NCBI GenBank assembly: GCA_038205745.1
Contig: JBBRBM010000002.1
Span: forward strand, 2,761-66,760
Origin: Verrucomicrobiota bacterium
Lineage (GTDB): Bacteria; Verrucomicrobiota; Verrucomicrobiia; Limisphaerales; SIBH01
Direction of reading: 5' to 3'
DNA: 64,000 bases
Shown: one piece after another, positions 33,797 to 43,626 of the stretch
How the letters are laid out: each line of letters opens with the position of its first letter
Numbering within the stretch: the stretch's first letter is position 1
Program-made: the position numbers and the translations under genes
The notes under the pieces: model-generated
Database searches by the model: none
What the model was told of the DNA's origin: nothing
The model's input: the letters and a program-made list of their open reading frames with translations, nothing else

Positions 33797-34383
33797 CGCG
33801 ATACTTTTTCGGGGAAGGCCGGCGCGATGCCGGCCTCCTTCTTGATGGCGTCGATGTCGAGGTCGGTGATGAAGCGAAGCAGGTTGCCCCAAACTTTGTG
33901 AAAGCCGAATTGCTCGCCGACCATTTCCTTGATCGCGTCCGTCTTCGACCATCCCTCGACTGCGATTCGATAGACCGCGATCATGGTGCCGGTGCGATCG
34001 GAACCATGCTGACAATGGACCAGGACCGGCGCCGTGTTCGTGTCGGTCACGAGTTTCAGAAAGCGCACGATGTCTTCCTCTTCGGGGTGCCACGTTTTGA
34101 AAAAGATGTGTTCCTGTTTGATGCCGAGCGTGGAGAGCGGCTTTCGGTCCGAGTGAAACGCGCGGAGATTGACGACCGTTTTGATGCCGGCTCGCTGAAG
34201 CTCCTTGAACCCTTCGTCAGTAGGCTGAGCCGAGCGATAGAGCCGATCAGAAATGCGATGAAAATTCGGGAGGCCCGGCCGTTCAATCTTCACCGCCCGC
34301 CGGACTACGGCATTGGTCGCCGCATGGGTGTTCACAGCGATGAACGCCACGACCGCGGCCAAAATGGTGCGCACCCAACTCAT
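33793..34383 (-). CDS. Exported dual-specificity/tyrosine protein phosphatase-like protein
   Basis: Signal peptide plus the Cx5R active-site motif VHCQHGSDRTG. Confidence 0.75.
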   Translation of the reverse strand: MSWVRTILAAVVAFIAVNTHAATNAVVRRAVKIERPGLPNFHRISDRLYRSAQPTDEGFKELQRAGIKTVVNLRAFHSDRKPLSTLGIKQEHIFFKTWHPEEEDIVRFLKLVTDTNTAPVLVHCQHGSDRTGTMIAVYRIAVEGWSKTDAIKEMVGEQFGFHKVWGNLLRFITDLDIDAIKKEAGIAPAFPEKVSR

Positions 34384-35579
34384 CGCGCGATACTCAATTG
34401 GTTTGTGCCCGGCAACGCGCCGCTCACGTTTTTGAAATCAAATCCGCGCACCGCTTCTGCCGCGAGAGTTCCCACGGCGCGGCGCAGGCCACGCACATCG
34501 CCGCGCGTCGGGTGAACGCTGTTCGTGAGCAGGATCACAAATGTTTTGGAGAACGGATCAATCCAGATGGCCGTCCCGGTGAAACCCGTGTGACCGTACG
34601 ATCCGATCGGAAACAAATTCCCTCGCGGCCCGCTGTAAGCGGTATCGATGTCCCAGCCGAGACCGCGCCGTGCGACGACCGTCGGAGGTGATTGCACACT
34701 CGTCATTAACCGCACCGTCTCGGGCTTCAACACGCGCACGCCGTCGAGTTCGCCCTGATTCAACATCATGCGCGCAAACCGCGCGAGGTCCGACGCCGTC
34801 GTGAAAACTCCCGCGTGGCCCGCGATCCGGTCCATCTTCCGCGCCGTCGGATCGTGAACGACGCCACGGAGAACGTTCGTGCCTTCGCGCTCAGTCGGCG
34901 CAATGCGCGCGCGATCTTCGGGCATGGGCAGGTAACGTGTGTCCCTCATCTTCAACGGTGCAAAAATTTCTTCCGTGGCAAACATCTCCAGCGGACGCCC
35001 GCTCACGCGATGAACGATTTCACCGAGCAGGATGTAATTGATGTCGCTGTAGAGAAATTTTGCACCGATGGGGTTCACGAGCTTTTCCTGACAAGCCATC
35101 TGGATCGCCGCGAGCGTCCCCGCTGGAGACGGTGACAATCCTGAACGCAAACCAGACGTATGTGTCATCAAGTGCCGGATCGTGATCGCATCTTTGCCGT
35201 CCCGCCGAAACTCCTCGATGTATTTGCAGACCGGCGCGTCGAGATCGATTTGTCCGCGCTCGATCAGGAGCATGATGGACGGCGTGGTCGCGAGCACTTT
35301 CGTCAGCGATGCCGCGTCGAAAATCGTGTCTTCGGTCATCGGCTCTTCGACCGGCTCCAGCGCGCGTTGGCCGTAAGCCTTGTGGTACGCGATCCCGTTG
35401 TGTTCGAGCCAAAGCACCGCGCCGGGACAACGATGATCCGCGATCGCGTGGCCAATCGTATCGTCGATCTCGTGAAGCTTCTGCGGATAAAACTGCGACT
35501 CGACGAGTGGCGGCGTCTTGCAGCCATAGAGCAGCACGAGGCAGAGAGGCGCGATGGCGAGAAAAGTAATTCGGCGCAT
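34380..35579 (-). CDS. Serine hydrolase, beta-lactamase (class C/PBP4*-like) family lipoprotein
   Basis: Start trimmed to MRRITFLAIAPLCLVLLYGC (lipobox). SxxK motif AASLTK, YSD(N) motif and HTGFTG motif. Confidence 0.85.
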   Translation of the reverse strand: MRRITFLAIAPLCLVLLYGCKTPPLVESQFYPQKLHEIDDTIGHAIADHRCPGAVLWLEHNGIAYHKAYGQRALEPVEEPMTEDTIFDAASLTKVLATTPSIMLLIERGQIDLDAPVCKYIEEFRRDGKDAITIRHLMTHTSGLRSGLSPSPAGTLAAIQMACQEKLVNPIGAKFLYSDINYILLGEIVHRVSGRPLEMFATEEIFAPLKMRDTRYLPMPEDRARIAPTEREGTNVLRGVVHDPTARKMDRIAGHAGVFTTASDLARFARMMLNQGELDGVRVLKPETVRLMTSVQSPPTVVARRGLGWDIDTAYSGPRGNLFPIGSYGHTGFTGTAIWIDPFSKTFVILLTNSVHPTRGDVRGLRRAVGTLAAEAVRGFDFKNVSGALPGTNQLSIAR

Positions 35580-35653
35580 GTGATTCGAGGGCGGACAATA
35601 CCAGATCACACGCGGCTGACAACGGCGGGAACAAATCGCTTGCCGCCTCGCCC

Positions 35654-37252
35654 GTGTTCCACACAATCGCGAACGTGTTCCGCAGCGCCGTTCAAGTCGG
35701 GTTAGTTCTGCTCGCGCTCGTGGCCCGTGCCGCCGATACGCGCATGACGAGCAACGAGGTTGCCCAAGTCATCGCGCAGGCCATTGCGCGCGCACAACAG
35801 ATCGAGCCGGACGCCGTAATTGCCGTCGTCGATCGCGAAGGTTTCGTGCTCGGCGTCTGGAGTGTGAACGGCGCCGCGCCTGATCCAATCGATCTCCTCG
35901 ACGCCATCACGAAAGCTGGCACCGCATCGTTCCTGAGCAGCGATCAGCACGCGTTCACAACGCGCACCGCGGGCTTCATCGTGCAGCAACATTTTCCGCC
36001 AGCGATCAGGAACCGCCCGCCCGGCCCACTCGTCGGCGTGAACTTTTCGAACATGTCGTTCACCGACGTGAACCGATTCAAGAATCCGCACTCGGGGTTC
36101 GATCCTTTCAGTCTCCTCGGCGGAACGAATGGCGACCCGATTGCCGGCCCGGCGCCATTGACGGGCCTTGCGGGCTCGCCGGGTGGCGTGCCGCTCTTTC
36201 GCGACCGCCGGTTGATCGGCGGTATCGGTGTCGCTGGAAAAACCCGCGCCACTCCGGGCAATCCATTGCCGCCGCTCGCCGACATTCAATCGCGGCAAAG
36301 CTACGATCCGGACGAAGACGTGGCGCTCGCCGGACAACGTGGCTTCGCTCCGCCTGAAATCGTCCTCGGCTCGCACGTGTTCCTTGATGGGATTCGCGCT
36401 GCGTACATCCACAGCAAGACGCGTGTTACTTCTGTGCTGCCGCTCGGGTCAGTTGGCGCAGTCGTCGCGCCGTACGTGTTGATTGATTCACCGGTCGTCG
36501 AGTATCCGACCAATACCTTCGGGGGACAGATCTGCGAAATCCGTTCGCCGATCACTGCTGACACGGTGTTGGGTGATATCGACGGTGAGTTGCGCCTGAG
36601 CGAAAGCGAAGTTCGCCAAATCCTTTCACAAGCTTCTGCGCGCGCGAAGATCACGCGGGCTGGGATTCGTCTGCCGCGAGGTCAACCGGCCCAGGTGTTC
36701 ATCACCGTCGTGAACAATCCCGCGCTGGCTGGAACACCGCCGGTGATCCTCGGCACGATTCGCACGCCGGGGGCGACGATTTTCAGTTGGGATGTCGCGG
36801 CGCAGAAGGCGCGCACGGCTTTGTTTTTCTCGGACAACTCGCGTGCGTTCTCGACGCGCACGGTCGGCTTTTTGGCGCAACAGTTTTATCCCCCGGGCAT
36901 CGCGCGCCGCGGACACGGTCCGCTGTTCACGTTGCAGGAACAGTTCTCGTTGCTGCCCGCTGGAATTCGAAATCCCCTGAACGGGGTTGTGCTCACCACC
37001 AACGCGCTGAGCGTGCCCGACCCGAATGTCCCCAACGGCATCACGATTTTTCCCGGCGGCTTTCCGCTTTACCGCAATGGCGTGATGATCGGTGCCATTG
37101 GAGTGAGCGGCGATGGCATTGATCAGGACGACATCATTTCCGCCGCAGGCACCGTCGGTTTCGAAGCGGCTCCCGCGATTCGCGCTGATCGCGTGAAGGT
37201 GCGTGGGGCGCGATTGCCCTACGCAAAATTTCCACGCAATCCCGATCTATAG
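35654..37252 (+). CDS. Secreted protein with two GlcG/HbpS-like (DUF336) domains
   Basis: GTG start and a signal peptide. Two repeats of the pattern (L/M)xxxEV.Q.I.QA.ARA...I.VV...G....TA....F..RT.GF..QQ..PP, and GG.PL.R....IG.IGV.G. Confidence 0.6.
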   Translation: MFHTIANVFRSAVQVGLVLLALVARAADTRMTSNEVAQVIAQAIARAQQIEPDAVIAVVDREGFVLGVWSVNGAAPDPIDLLDAITKAGTASFLSSDQHAFTTRTAGFIVQQHFPPAIRNRPPGPLVGVNFSNMSFTDVNRFKNPHSGFDPFSLLGGTNGDPIAGPAPLTGLAGSPGGVPLFRDRRLIGGIGVAGKTRATPGNPLPPLADIQSRQSYDPDEDVALAGQRGFAPPEIVLGSHVFLDGIRAAYIHSKTRVTSVLPLGSVGAVVAPYVLIDSPVVEYPTNTFGGQICEIRSPITADTVLGDIDGELRLSESEVRQILSQASARAKITRAGIRLPRGQPAQVFITVVNNPALAGTPPVILGTIRTPGATIFSWDVAAQKARTALFFSDNSRAFSTRTVGFLAQQFYPPGIARRGHGPLFTLQEQFSLLPAGIRNPLNGVVLTTNALSVPDPNVPNGITIFPGGFPLYRNGVMIGAIGVSGDGIDQDDIISAAGTVGFEAAPAIRADRVKVRGARLPYAKFPRNPDL

Positions 37253-37253
37253 G

Positions 37254-38069
37254 TCACGGACTCGTCTGACACTTCGGACACCACGCGGTGGTGCGACCGC
37301 CGATTGTGTCGTGACGCAGCGCGCCACCACAGCGCGGGCAGTTGCCGCCCTTGCGCCAGCGCGCGTGAAACAGAAAGTTCTTCGGCGGATCACCGAATTC
37401 AGCCTTGCTGCTTTGCTGGGCGACTGTTTCCACGGCGCGCTTTGTCACGTAGCGCGTCACGCGCCACAGATCTTTCAGTTGCGCCGTGGTGAGCGCGCCA
37501 GCTTTCGTTCGTGGATGAATGCGCGCCTGCCAAAGAATTTCGTCCGCCATCCAATTGCCGATGCCAGGAAAGGTCGCCTGATCGAGCAGCGCAGCTTTCA
37601 GCGGTAACGAGCGATGGCGCTGCAATCGTTCGCTGACGAAGCTAAGCGTGAACTCGCGCGACAGAATCTGCGGCGGTAATTCGCGCCACCAGTCCGGCTC
37701 TCCTTTTCCGGCGAAGAACAACACCCGGCCGAACATGCGCGGATCAGTAAACACGAGCGCGCGTTCACGCTGAAATAAAACAAGATGATCATGCTTCGCA
37801 GGCACGAAGTCGGCGGACGCGATGCGCAACTCGCCCGTCATGCCGAGATGAATTCCGAGCCACGCGCCACCGGAGAACTGAAACGCCATTTGTTTCCCGT
37901 GGGCCTGGGAGCCGATGAGCTTCGCGCCTGCCAGTTTCGTCGAGAGCGCTTTCTCATCCACTCCGCGCAGGAGACGCCTGCCTGCGTGCAGCTCGACGCG
38001 CGCGATCTTCGCGCCGACGCCGGCGTCCCATTTGAGGCGATAGAATTCGACTTCGGCGAGTTCGGGCAT
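37254..38069 (-). CDS. mutM: Formamidopyrimidine-DNA glycosylase
   Basis: Begins MPELAEVE, with H2TH-like motifs and a C-terminal zinc finger CPRCGG....GGRTTAWCPKCQ. Confidence 0.9.
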   Translation of the reverse strand: MPELAEVEFYRLKWDAGVGAKIARVELHAGRRLLRGVDEKALSTKLAGAKLIGSQAHGKQMAFQFSGGAWLGIHLGMTGELRIASADFVPAKHDHLVLFQRERALVFTDPRMFGRVLFFAGKGEPDWWRELPPQILSREFTLSFVSERLQRHRSLPLKAALLDQATFPGIGNWMADEILWQARIHPRTKAGALTTAQLKDLWRVTRYVTKRAVETVAQQSSKAEFGDPPKNFLFHARWRKGGNCPRCGGALRHDTIGGRTTAWCPKCQTSP

Positions 38070-38070
38070 C

Positions 38071-39654
38071 TCAGTGCGGCGGAGCTTCCGGAGGTGAAAC
38101 GGGAGCGACTTCCTTGGGACTGCCCGGGAAAAGTTTGCTCACGACGAATGCGACTGAGATGCACACGACCGTTCCAATCAACGTGAACCAGGGCCAGAAG
38201 ACCGCGCCGCCAAAAGTTTTCGTCCACCATTTCTCCCAGGCGGGAATATTTGGTGGCCAGTAGATCACGTTCATCACGATCACTGACGCAACCATCCCGG
38301 CCATCGCCGCGCGCGCGCCGAGGCGACGCCAGAAGAGCGCGATGATCAGCGACCCCAGCAGCGCGCCCGCAGTCAGACCACGAAGGGAGAAGGCTGCGTT
38401 GAGCACAAACGTGACTTCGCGCGTGAGCCACGCCGTGAACACGAGCATCGCGGCCCAGAACACCGTCGAGTATTTGCTGAAGCGCAGGAAGTAGTTCTCG
38501 TCGCGGCCCTTCACCAGTTGCTTGACGAAGTCCATCGTCGAGACGGATGCGAGCGAAGTGATTGCCGAGCTGATCGACGACATCGCGGCGGAAAGAATGG
38601 CCACGATCAGGAAGGCCTTCAGGATGTGCGGCACCTCGGTCATCATGAAAATGGGGAAGATGAAATCGAAGGACTTGATGCCGGGCCGGCCTTCGGGCAA
38701 TGGAATTTTGAAAGGGTGATTTGGATCCTGATAAAAAACCCAGAGCATGGCCCCGACGAGGAGAAAGATCAGGAAGAGCGGGAAGATCAGGACGGCGCTG
38801 AGGCACAACGCTTTGCGTCCATCTGAGACAGTGCCGCAAGCCAGCACGCGTTGGACGATCAGTTGTTCCGCGCCGTGAGTGGAGAGAACCATGACGGTGC
38901 CGCCGATCACGCCCATCCAGATGTTGAACGGAGCGCTGAAGGTGAAATGGGTGTTGAGCCACACGAGCTTGCCGGCTTTCCCAGCCTGTGCCATTGCCGC
39001 GCTCCAACCGCCATCAATGAGCGTGGGAATGTAGAATAGCGCGAACAGTCCGCCGACGAGGAAGAGGCCGAACTGCACGGCATCCGTCCAGATCACCGCC
39101 TTCACGCCGCCGATGTAAGTGTAGAGCAGGGAGAGTCCGACGAAGATCAGGATGGCGCCGAGGATCGGGTCAACCAAACCATTCAAGCTGCACACGCGGT
39201 CACCGAGCATCAGCCGGATGGGAATGCACGCGACAAAAACGCGCACGCCCGCGGCCATCGTTTCGAGAAACAGAAACAGAGCGCCCGCAAGGCGTCGCGG
39301 CCCGCGCCCGAGATATTGTTCGAGCAATTGATACGGGGAATAAATCTCGCCGCTCAAATAGTGCGGCACCATGACGACGGCGAGGATCAGGCGGGCGATG
39401 ACGTAGCCCACGATCATCTGAATGAGCAGAATGTTGCTTCCGTAGGCGATGGCCGGCACGCCGATAATGGTGAGGGCGCTGGTTTCGGCCGCGACGATCG
39501 ACACACCGATTCCCCACCACGGAATGTTCCGGCTGCCGAGGAAATAATCGCGCGTGTTCTTCTGGTCTTTGCCGAACCAGATGCCGAGCGCGACGATGCC
39601 AGCAAGGTAGGCGATGATGATCGCCCAGTCGCCGGCATTGAAAAAATCAGGCAT
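38071..39654 (-). CDS. Sodium:solute symporter (SSS) family transporter
   Basis: 527 aa and highly hydrophobic with many TM segments. N-terminal DYFLGSRNIPWW..G.S..A...SA......P motif typical of the SSS family. Confidence 0.82.
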   Translation of the reverse strand: MPDFFNAGDWAIIIAYLAGIVALGIWFGKDQKNTRDYFLGSRNIPWWGIGVSIVAAETSALTIIGVPAIAYGSNILLIQMIVGYVIARLILAVVMVPHYLSGEIYSPYQLLEQYLGRGPRRLAGALFLFLETMAAGVRVFVACIPIRLMLGDRVCSLNGLVDPILGAILIFVGLSLLYTYIGGVKAVIWTDAVQFGLFLVGGLFALFYIPTLIDGGWSAAMAQAGKAGKLVWLNTHFTFSAPFNIWMGVIGGTVMVLSTHGAEQLIVQRVLACGTVSDGRKALCLSAVLIFPLFLIFLLVGAMLWVFYQDPNHPFKIPLPEGRPGIKSFDFIFPIFMMTEVPHILKAFLIVAILSAAMSSISSAITSLASVSTMDFVKQLVKGRDENYFLRFSKYSTVFWAAMLVFTAWLTREVTFVLNAAFSLRGLTAGALLGSLIIALFWRRLGARAAMAGMVASVIVMNVIYWPPNIPAWEKWWTKTFGGAVFWPWFTLIGTVVCISVAFVVSKLFPGSPKEVAPVSPPEAPPH

Positions 39655-39692
39655 GTGCGCGCGCGAAGTTCAGTTGCTGCGCGCGAAGCAGG

Positions 39693-39974
39693 TCAATCTT
39701 CCTCGAACTCACCGAGCGGGCGATCGATGGTGTATTTCCACGGCGAGATGACCATCGTTTCGAGGGCTTCCTTGCTCGTGTGCGTTGGCAAAGTGATCGG
39801 CAGCGTCGCTGTCCAGACACCGGCGCCGATCGCGGTGGCCGCAAACGTGAAGGGGCGTGCGATGGCGAGATCAACGATCGTTCTGCCTACCCGCCAGCCC
39901 CAATCTTCAGCAGCGAAGGAAGAACTTGGCGCAAGCAGAGCGGCGAACAGCAGAGCGGCAAAAAGTTTTTTCAT
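39693..39974 (-). CDS. Hypothetical small exported protein (93 aa)
   Basis: Clear signal peptide MKKLFAALLFAALLAPSSSFA. No family recognised with confidence. Confidence 0.5.
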   Translation of the reverse strand: MKKLFAALLFAALLAPSSSFAAEDWGWRVGRTIVDLAIARPFTFAATAIGAGVWTATLPITLPTHTSKEALETMVISPWKYTIDRPLGEFEED

Positions 39975-40075
39975 TGGCGTGGTAAGGCGTTAGCAGCGGT
40001 CGCACGGCGTGGCAAGGAAACAAACATCCGCCGGCACAGTTGGCGTGGCGAAACGATGGACTATATTGGCCCCGG

Positions 40076-41038
40076 ATGCGATCGCTGGGCATGACATTAT
40101 TTTTCGCCACCGCGCTGATGGGCCACGCCGCGCAAGTATCCGCGCCCACGGTCTACAACGGCATGTGCGATGCGTCGGGCGCCGTGGCGATCGATCGCGA
40201 GTTGTTCGTGGTGGCGGATGATGAAGACAACAAGTTGCGCGTCTTTCATTCCCTCACAGGTGGCCCACCGTTGCGCGTGTTCGATCCCTCGGCGTTTTTG
40301 CGCGTCGATCCAAAGGAACCCGAGATGGATCTTGAAGGTGCGGCACGCATCGGCGATCGCATTTACTGGATCACGTCGCACGGACGGAACCGCAACGCGA
40401 AATATCGTGAGAGCCGGCTGCGCTTTTTCGCGACAGACATTGTGAGAACCAACGGCAGCTTCGAGTTGAGGCCGTCCGGGAAGTTTTACGCGCACCTTCT
40501 CCTCGATCTGTTCAACGACCCGCGTTTGAAAAAATTCCATCTCGATGCCGCCGCCGCTCTCGCTCCCAAATCACCAGACGGATTCAACATTGAAGGACTT
40601 TCTCCCACGCCGGATGGCAGGCTGCTCATCGGGCTGCGCAATCCGCTGCCGCAAGGGCGCGCCTTGCTGGTGCCGTTGCTGAATCCGGCAGGGATGATCT
40701 CGGGAAAGCCCGTCGAACTCGGCGATCCGGTGCTGCTCGATTTGGGCCGGCGTGGCATCCGGGCAATGACACTCTACGAAGACAAATTCCTGATCATTGC
40801 CGGCGCCATCGACAGCACGCGCGACGCGAAGCTGTTTCTCTGGAGCGGCGGGAACTCAAAGCCTCAACCACTGGAAGTCGATGTGACCGCCTTCAATCCC
40901 GAGGCAGTTGCCACTTATCCGGGAGAAAAGCGGATTCAACTCTTCAGCGATGACGGCACGGTGATGGTCAATGGTGTGCCGTGCAAACGCCTGCCCCCGG
41001 ACCAGCGCTCATTCCGCGCCGTGTGGTTGACGTTCTGA
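40076..41038 (+). CDS. Hypothetical secreted protein (possibly DUF3616-like beta-propeller)
   Basis: Start trimmed to MRSLGMTLFFATALMGHAAQ. Motifs CDASGAVAID..LFVVADDEDN.LRVF and GDRIYWITSHGRN recall DUF3616 only weakly. Confidence 0.5.
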   Translation: MRSLGMTLFFATALMGHAAQVSAPTVYNGMCDASGAVAIDRELFVVADDEDNKLRVFHSLTGGPPLRVFDPSAFLRVDPKEPEMDLEGAARIGDRIYWITSHGRNRNAKYRESRLRFFATDIVRTNGSFELRPSGKFYAHLLLDLFNDPRLKKFHLDAAAALAPKSPDGFNIEGLSPTPDGRLLIGLRNPLPQGRALLVPLLNPAGMISGKPVELGDPVLLDLGRRGIRAMTLYEDKFLIIAGAIDSTRDAKLFLWSGGNSKPQPLEVDVTAFNPEAVATYPGEKRIQLFSDDGTVMVNGVPCKRLPPDQRSFRAVWLTF

Positions 41039-41206
41039 TTTTTGTCCGCCGGCGTCGCCGTTGAACTCAGGACAACACGAGCCGTGCGCTTCGTAGCAAC
41101 CGGCGCAGAGATTTTTCCCGTCGAACGCAAACGCGCCGAATCGCCCGCAGACATCGCACGCCCGTTCGTGATTGAACTCGACTCGGCACGACTTGTTTTC
41201 ACTCAT
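41009..41206 (-). CDS. Hypothetical small Cys-rich (zinc-ribbon-like) protein
   Basis: 65 aa with CDVCG...(14)...CAGC plus CC. It overlaps the convergent upstream gene by 30 bp. Coding status is uncertain. Confidence 0.35.
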   Translation of the reverse strand: MSENKSCRVEFNHERACDVCGRFGAFAFDGKNLCAGCYEAHGSCCPEFNGDAGGQKSERQPHGAE

Positions 41207-41234
41207 CCCCGGGAATGTTGGTGGCGCTCCGCTG

Positions 41235-41262
41235 AACTCTCAACTTTCAACTCTCAACACCT
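41235..41262. repeat. Heptamer repeat patch (CAACTCT/CAACTTT type), intergenic
   Basis: Sequence aactct caacttt caactct caacacc. A related patch, ttcaactctcaactttccaccc, lies at 48067-48088. Confidence 0.7.
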
Positions 41263-41283
41263 TGAGGCACAACAACACGACGC

Positions 41284-41712
41284 ATGAAGGATGTTTCACT
41301 TCGCCGATTCGTCACCGCGGCTGAGAAGGTCGATTTCCTTTCGCCGTGGACGCTCGAGGAATGGCTGTGCCGCGCGGATGTGGTGCCGAACAAGGAATTG
41401 CTGATGGTGCGGGCGAACATGGAGCCGTTCCGTTCGCATCCGTTCCACACGCACCCGACGCGCGAGGAGATCATCTACGTGCTGGCCGGTCGCGCGGAGC
41501 AATGGATCGCCAAGGAACATCGCATCATGGGACCGGGCGAAATGGTGCTGATTCCGAAAGGCGAAGTTCACGGCACTTACAATCCATTCAACGAGCGCCT
41601 CGTGTTCCTCGCGATCCTCTCGCCCGCGAACGCGCCGGAGCCGGGCGTCGTCGATGTCTCCACGCAAGAGCCTTGGGCCTCGATGCGCCAGGGTTTCACG
41701 CCGGTTAGTTGA
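41284..41712 (+). CDS. Cupin domain protein
   Basis: Cupin motifs HPFHTHPTREEIIYVLAGRAE and GEMVLIPKGEVHGTYN. Confidence 0.75.
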   Translation: MKDVSLRRFVTAAEKVDFLSPWTLEEWLCRADVVPNKELLMVRANMEPFRSHPFHTHPTREEIIYVLAGRAEQWIAKEHRIMGPGEMVLIPKGEVHGTYNPFNERLVFLAILSPANAPEPGVVDVSTQEPWASMRQGFTPVS

Positions 41713-41715
41713 ATC

Positions 41716-42465
41716 ATGAAACAACCAAGTCGCGCACCACGTCCGAGCGCCGGACTCTCCCGCGTCCTGTCGAAATACGGCGCGTGTTCCCGCAGTGAAG
41801 CGCGTGTGCTCATTTCCGCCGGACGTGTGAAGGTCAACGGCGTTGCCGCACGCGATCCGGAGCAAAGCGTGCCGAGTGGCGCGCGCATTGAATTGGATGG
41901 CAAGGTGATCGCAGCGCGCGACGAGGTCGTTTACGTGATGCTCAACAAACCGCGAGGTCTGGTCACCACGAGTTCCGACGAGCGTGGACGCGACACCGTC
42001 TTCTCCTGTCTTGAGGGATCAAACCTGCCGCGGCTTATCGCCGTTGGCCGCCTCGATCAGGCCAGCGAAGGAATCCTTCTCTTAACGAACGACACGGCCT
42101 GGGCAAATCACATCACCGATCCTGCCACGCATCTCGACAAGACGTATCACGCGCAGGTCGATCAAGTCGTGGACGATGAGCTATTGAAGCGCTTGCTCGC
42201 AGGCGTGAGCTGCGACGACGAAATTCTTCGCGCCAAAGCCGCGCACGTGCTGCGTTCGGGTGAGAAGCATTCGTGGTTGGAAATCGTCCTCGATGAAAGA
42301 CGCAATCGTCACATCCGCCGAATGTTCGAAGCGCTCGGCATTTCAGTGCTCCGCCTGGTGCGCATCTCGGTCGGCAAAATCCCACTGGGCAATCTCCCGA
42401 AAGGCGAATGGCGACGCCTCACGACGGATGAAGCCGAAGCACTCCGGAAGACCGCCGGGCGCTGA
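41716..42465 (+). CDS. Pseudouridine synthase, RsuA/RluB family (S4 domain + catalytic domain)
   Basis: LSRVLSKYGACSRSEARVLI..GRV.VNG (S4 domain) and the catalytic GRLDQASEGILLLTND motif. Confidence 0.85.
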   Translation: MKQPSRAPRPSAGLSRVLSKYGACSRSEARVLISAGRVKVNGVAARDPEQSVPSGARIELDGKVIAARDEVVYVMLNKPRGLVTTSSDERGRDTVFSCLEGSNLPRLIAVGRLDQASEGILLLTNDTAWANHITDPATHLDKTYHAQVDQVVDDELLKRLLAGVSCDDEILRAKAAHVLRSGEKHSWLEIVLDERRNRHIRRMFEALGISVLRLVRISVGKIPLGNLPKGEWRRLTTDEAEALRKTAGR

Positions 42466-42471
42466 TCGTCG

Positions 42472-42933
42472 CTACAGCCAGATCAACTCATGCCGGATGG
42501 CGCCGTTCTCGATATGCATCAAGGCGACGCTGCGTCGCATCTCAAAACGCTGGCGCCCCGCGTAGCCAGGATTGAAAAACAGCGTCTTGCCGATTTGTTC
42601 CGCGAACGGTTTGTGCGTGTGGCCGAACACCACCACGTCCGGCGTCTCTGTTGCGATACGCCGGTCGATCGGCTGCGTGAACTGCCCCGGCGTCACGATG
42701 TGATGAACGAGGAACTTCTTGCCATCGAGCATCACAACGGCCGTTGGCTTGTAGCTCGGGTCCTCATCGGTGTTCCCAGAAACAGCAGTCACCGGTGCGA
42801 TCGTTTCCAACTCGGCGATGATGTGTGGCCAACCGATGTCGCCGCCGTGAAGGATGTGTTCCACGCCGCGAAAAATTTCTGCGAACTGGGGATCGAGAAA
42901 GTTGTGCGTGTCTGAAATGACGCCGATCTTCAC
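42472..42933 (-). CDS. Metallophosphoesterase (YfcE/MJ0936 family)
   Basis: MKIGVISDTHN, HGGDIG, VSGNTD and FGHTH motifs. Confidence 0.85.
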   Translation of the reverse strand: MKIGVISDTHNFLDPQFAEIFRGVEHILHGGDIGWPHIIAELETIAPVTAVSGNTDEDPSYKPTAVVMLDGKKFLVHHIVTPGQFTQPIDRRIATETPDVVVFGHTHKPFAEQIGKTLFFNPGYAGRQRFEMRRSVALMHIENGAIRHELIWL

Positions 42934-43559
42934 GCGTTCGATTCTTCCGGCTCAGCATCCGTGGCTTCTTCGTCGTCAGTCGCGTTGGCCGCTTTCTTAT
43001 CAGCGGCGGACTCGAGGTGTTCCGAATACTTGAACGCGGCGGCGAACATCGCCGTGAACAATCCCGAGCTCATCAGCGAGTTGCGGAAAAACTCCCACGT
43101 TTGCGGCCAACTGCCCGCGCCTTTCGTCAGCGCAATGATCCAGCCCGCGAGATTCTTCGTGTACTCCGGATTGCCGAAGGGATTGAACAGCCACGCGGCT
43201 GTGTTGGTGATCAGATAGAACAGCACCGCACCGAGAATGGCGCCGCCGGTCAGCACCGCGATCGAGCGTTTCGAATCGAAGCGGCGCCCCATCCAGATCA
43301 GCCCCGCGTAGATCGGATAGTTCACGAACTGATAAATCTGAAACGGCTGCTTGTAGTAGAAGACATTCAGGACAATGTCCGTCAACGCGAGCACCACCAG
43401 CGGCACCCACCAACCCGCGCGCGAGCGGAAGAAAACGCCCGCGCAGAACACGAGCGCGTAGGCAGCGCTGAAATTTGGCGGCATCAAGCCAGGCCATCGC
43501 GTGATCGCAAACACGATCAGCAGCGCCGCCGCGAGCCAGACATTCCGCTTTCCATTCAT
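42930..43559 (-). CDS. Integral membrane protein of unknown function
   Basis: Start trimmed to MNGKRNVWLAAALLIVF. It has 5-6 hydrophobic segments and an acidic C-terminal tail. Its 3' end overlaps the start codon of the downstream minus-strand gene 42472..42933 by 4 nt. Confidence 0.6.
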   Translation of the reverse strand: MNGKRNVWLAAALLIVFAITRWPGLMPPNFSAAYALVFCAGVFFRSRAGWWVPLVVLALTDIVLNVFYYKQPFQIYQFVNYPIYAGLIWMGRRFDSKRSIAVLTGGAILGAVLFYLITNTAAWLFNPFGNPEYTKNLAGWIIALTKGAGSWPQTWEFFRNSLMSSGLFTAMFAAAFKYSEHLESAADKKAANATDDEEATDAEPEESNA

Positions 43560-43626
43560 TTCGTCCGATGGTACGCCTCGGCAACTTGCTGACAAGCGGT
43601 TCGATGCCGAGACGAGCGCCCGTAAG

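Noticed and set aside
37838-39007. 389-aa minus-strand ORF overlapping mutM and the symporter gene out of frame
   Set aside because: It is a same-strand alternative frame crossing the boundary of two well-supported genes. Its Arg/His-rich composition has no hydrophobic or family signature.
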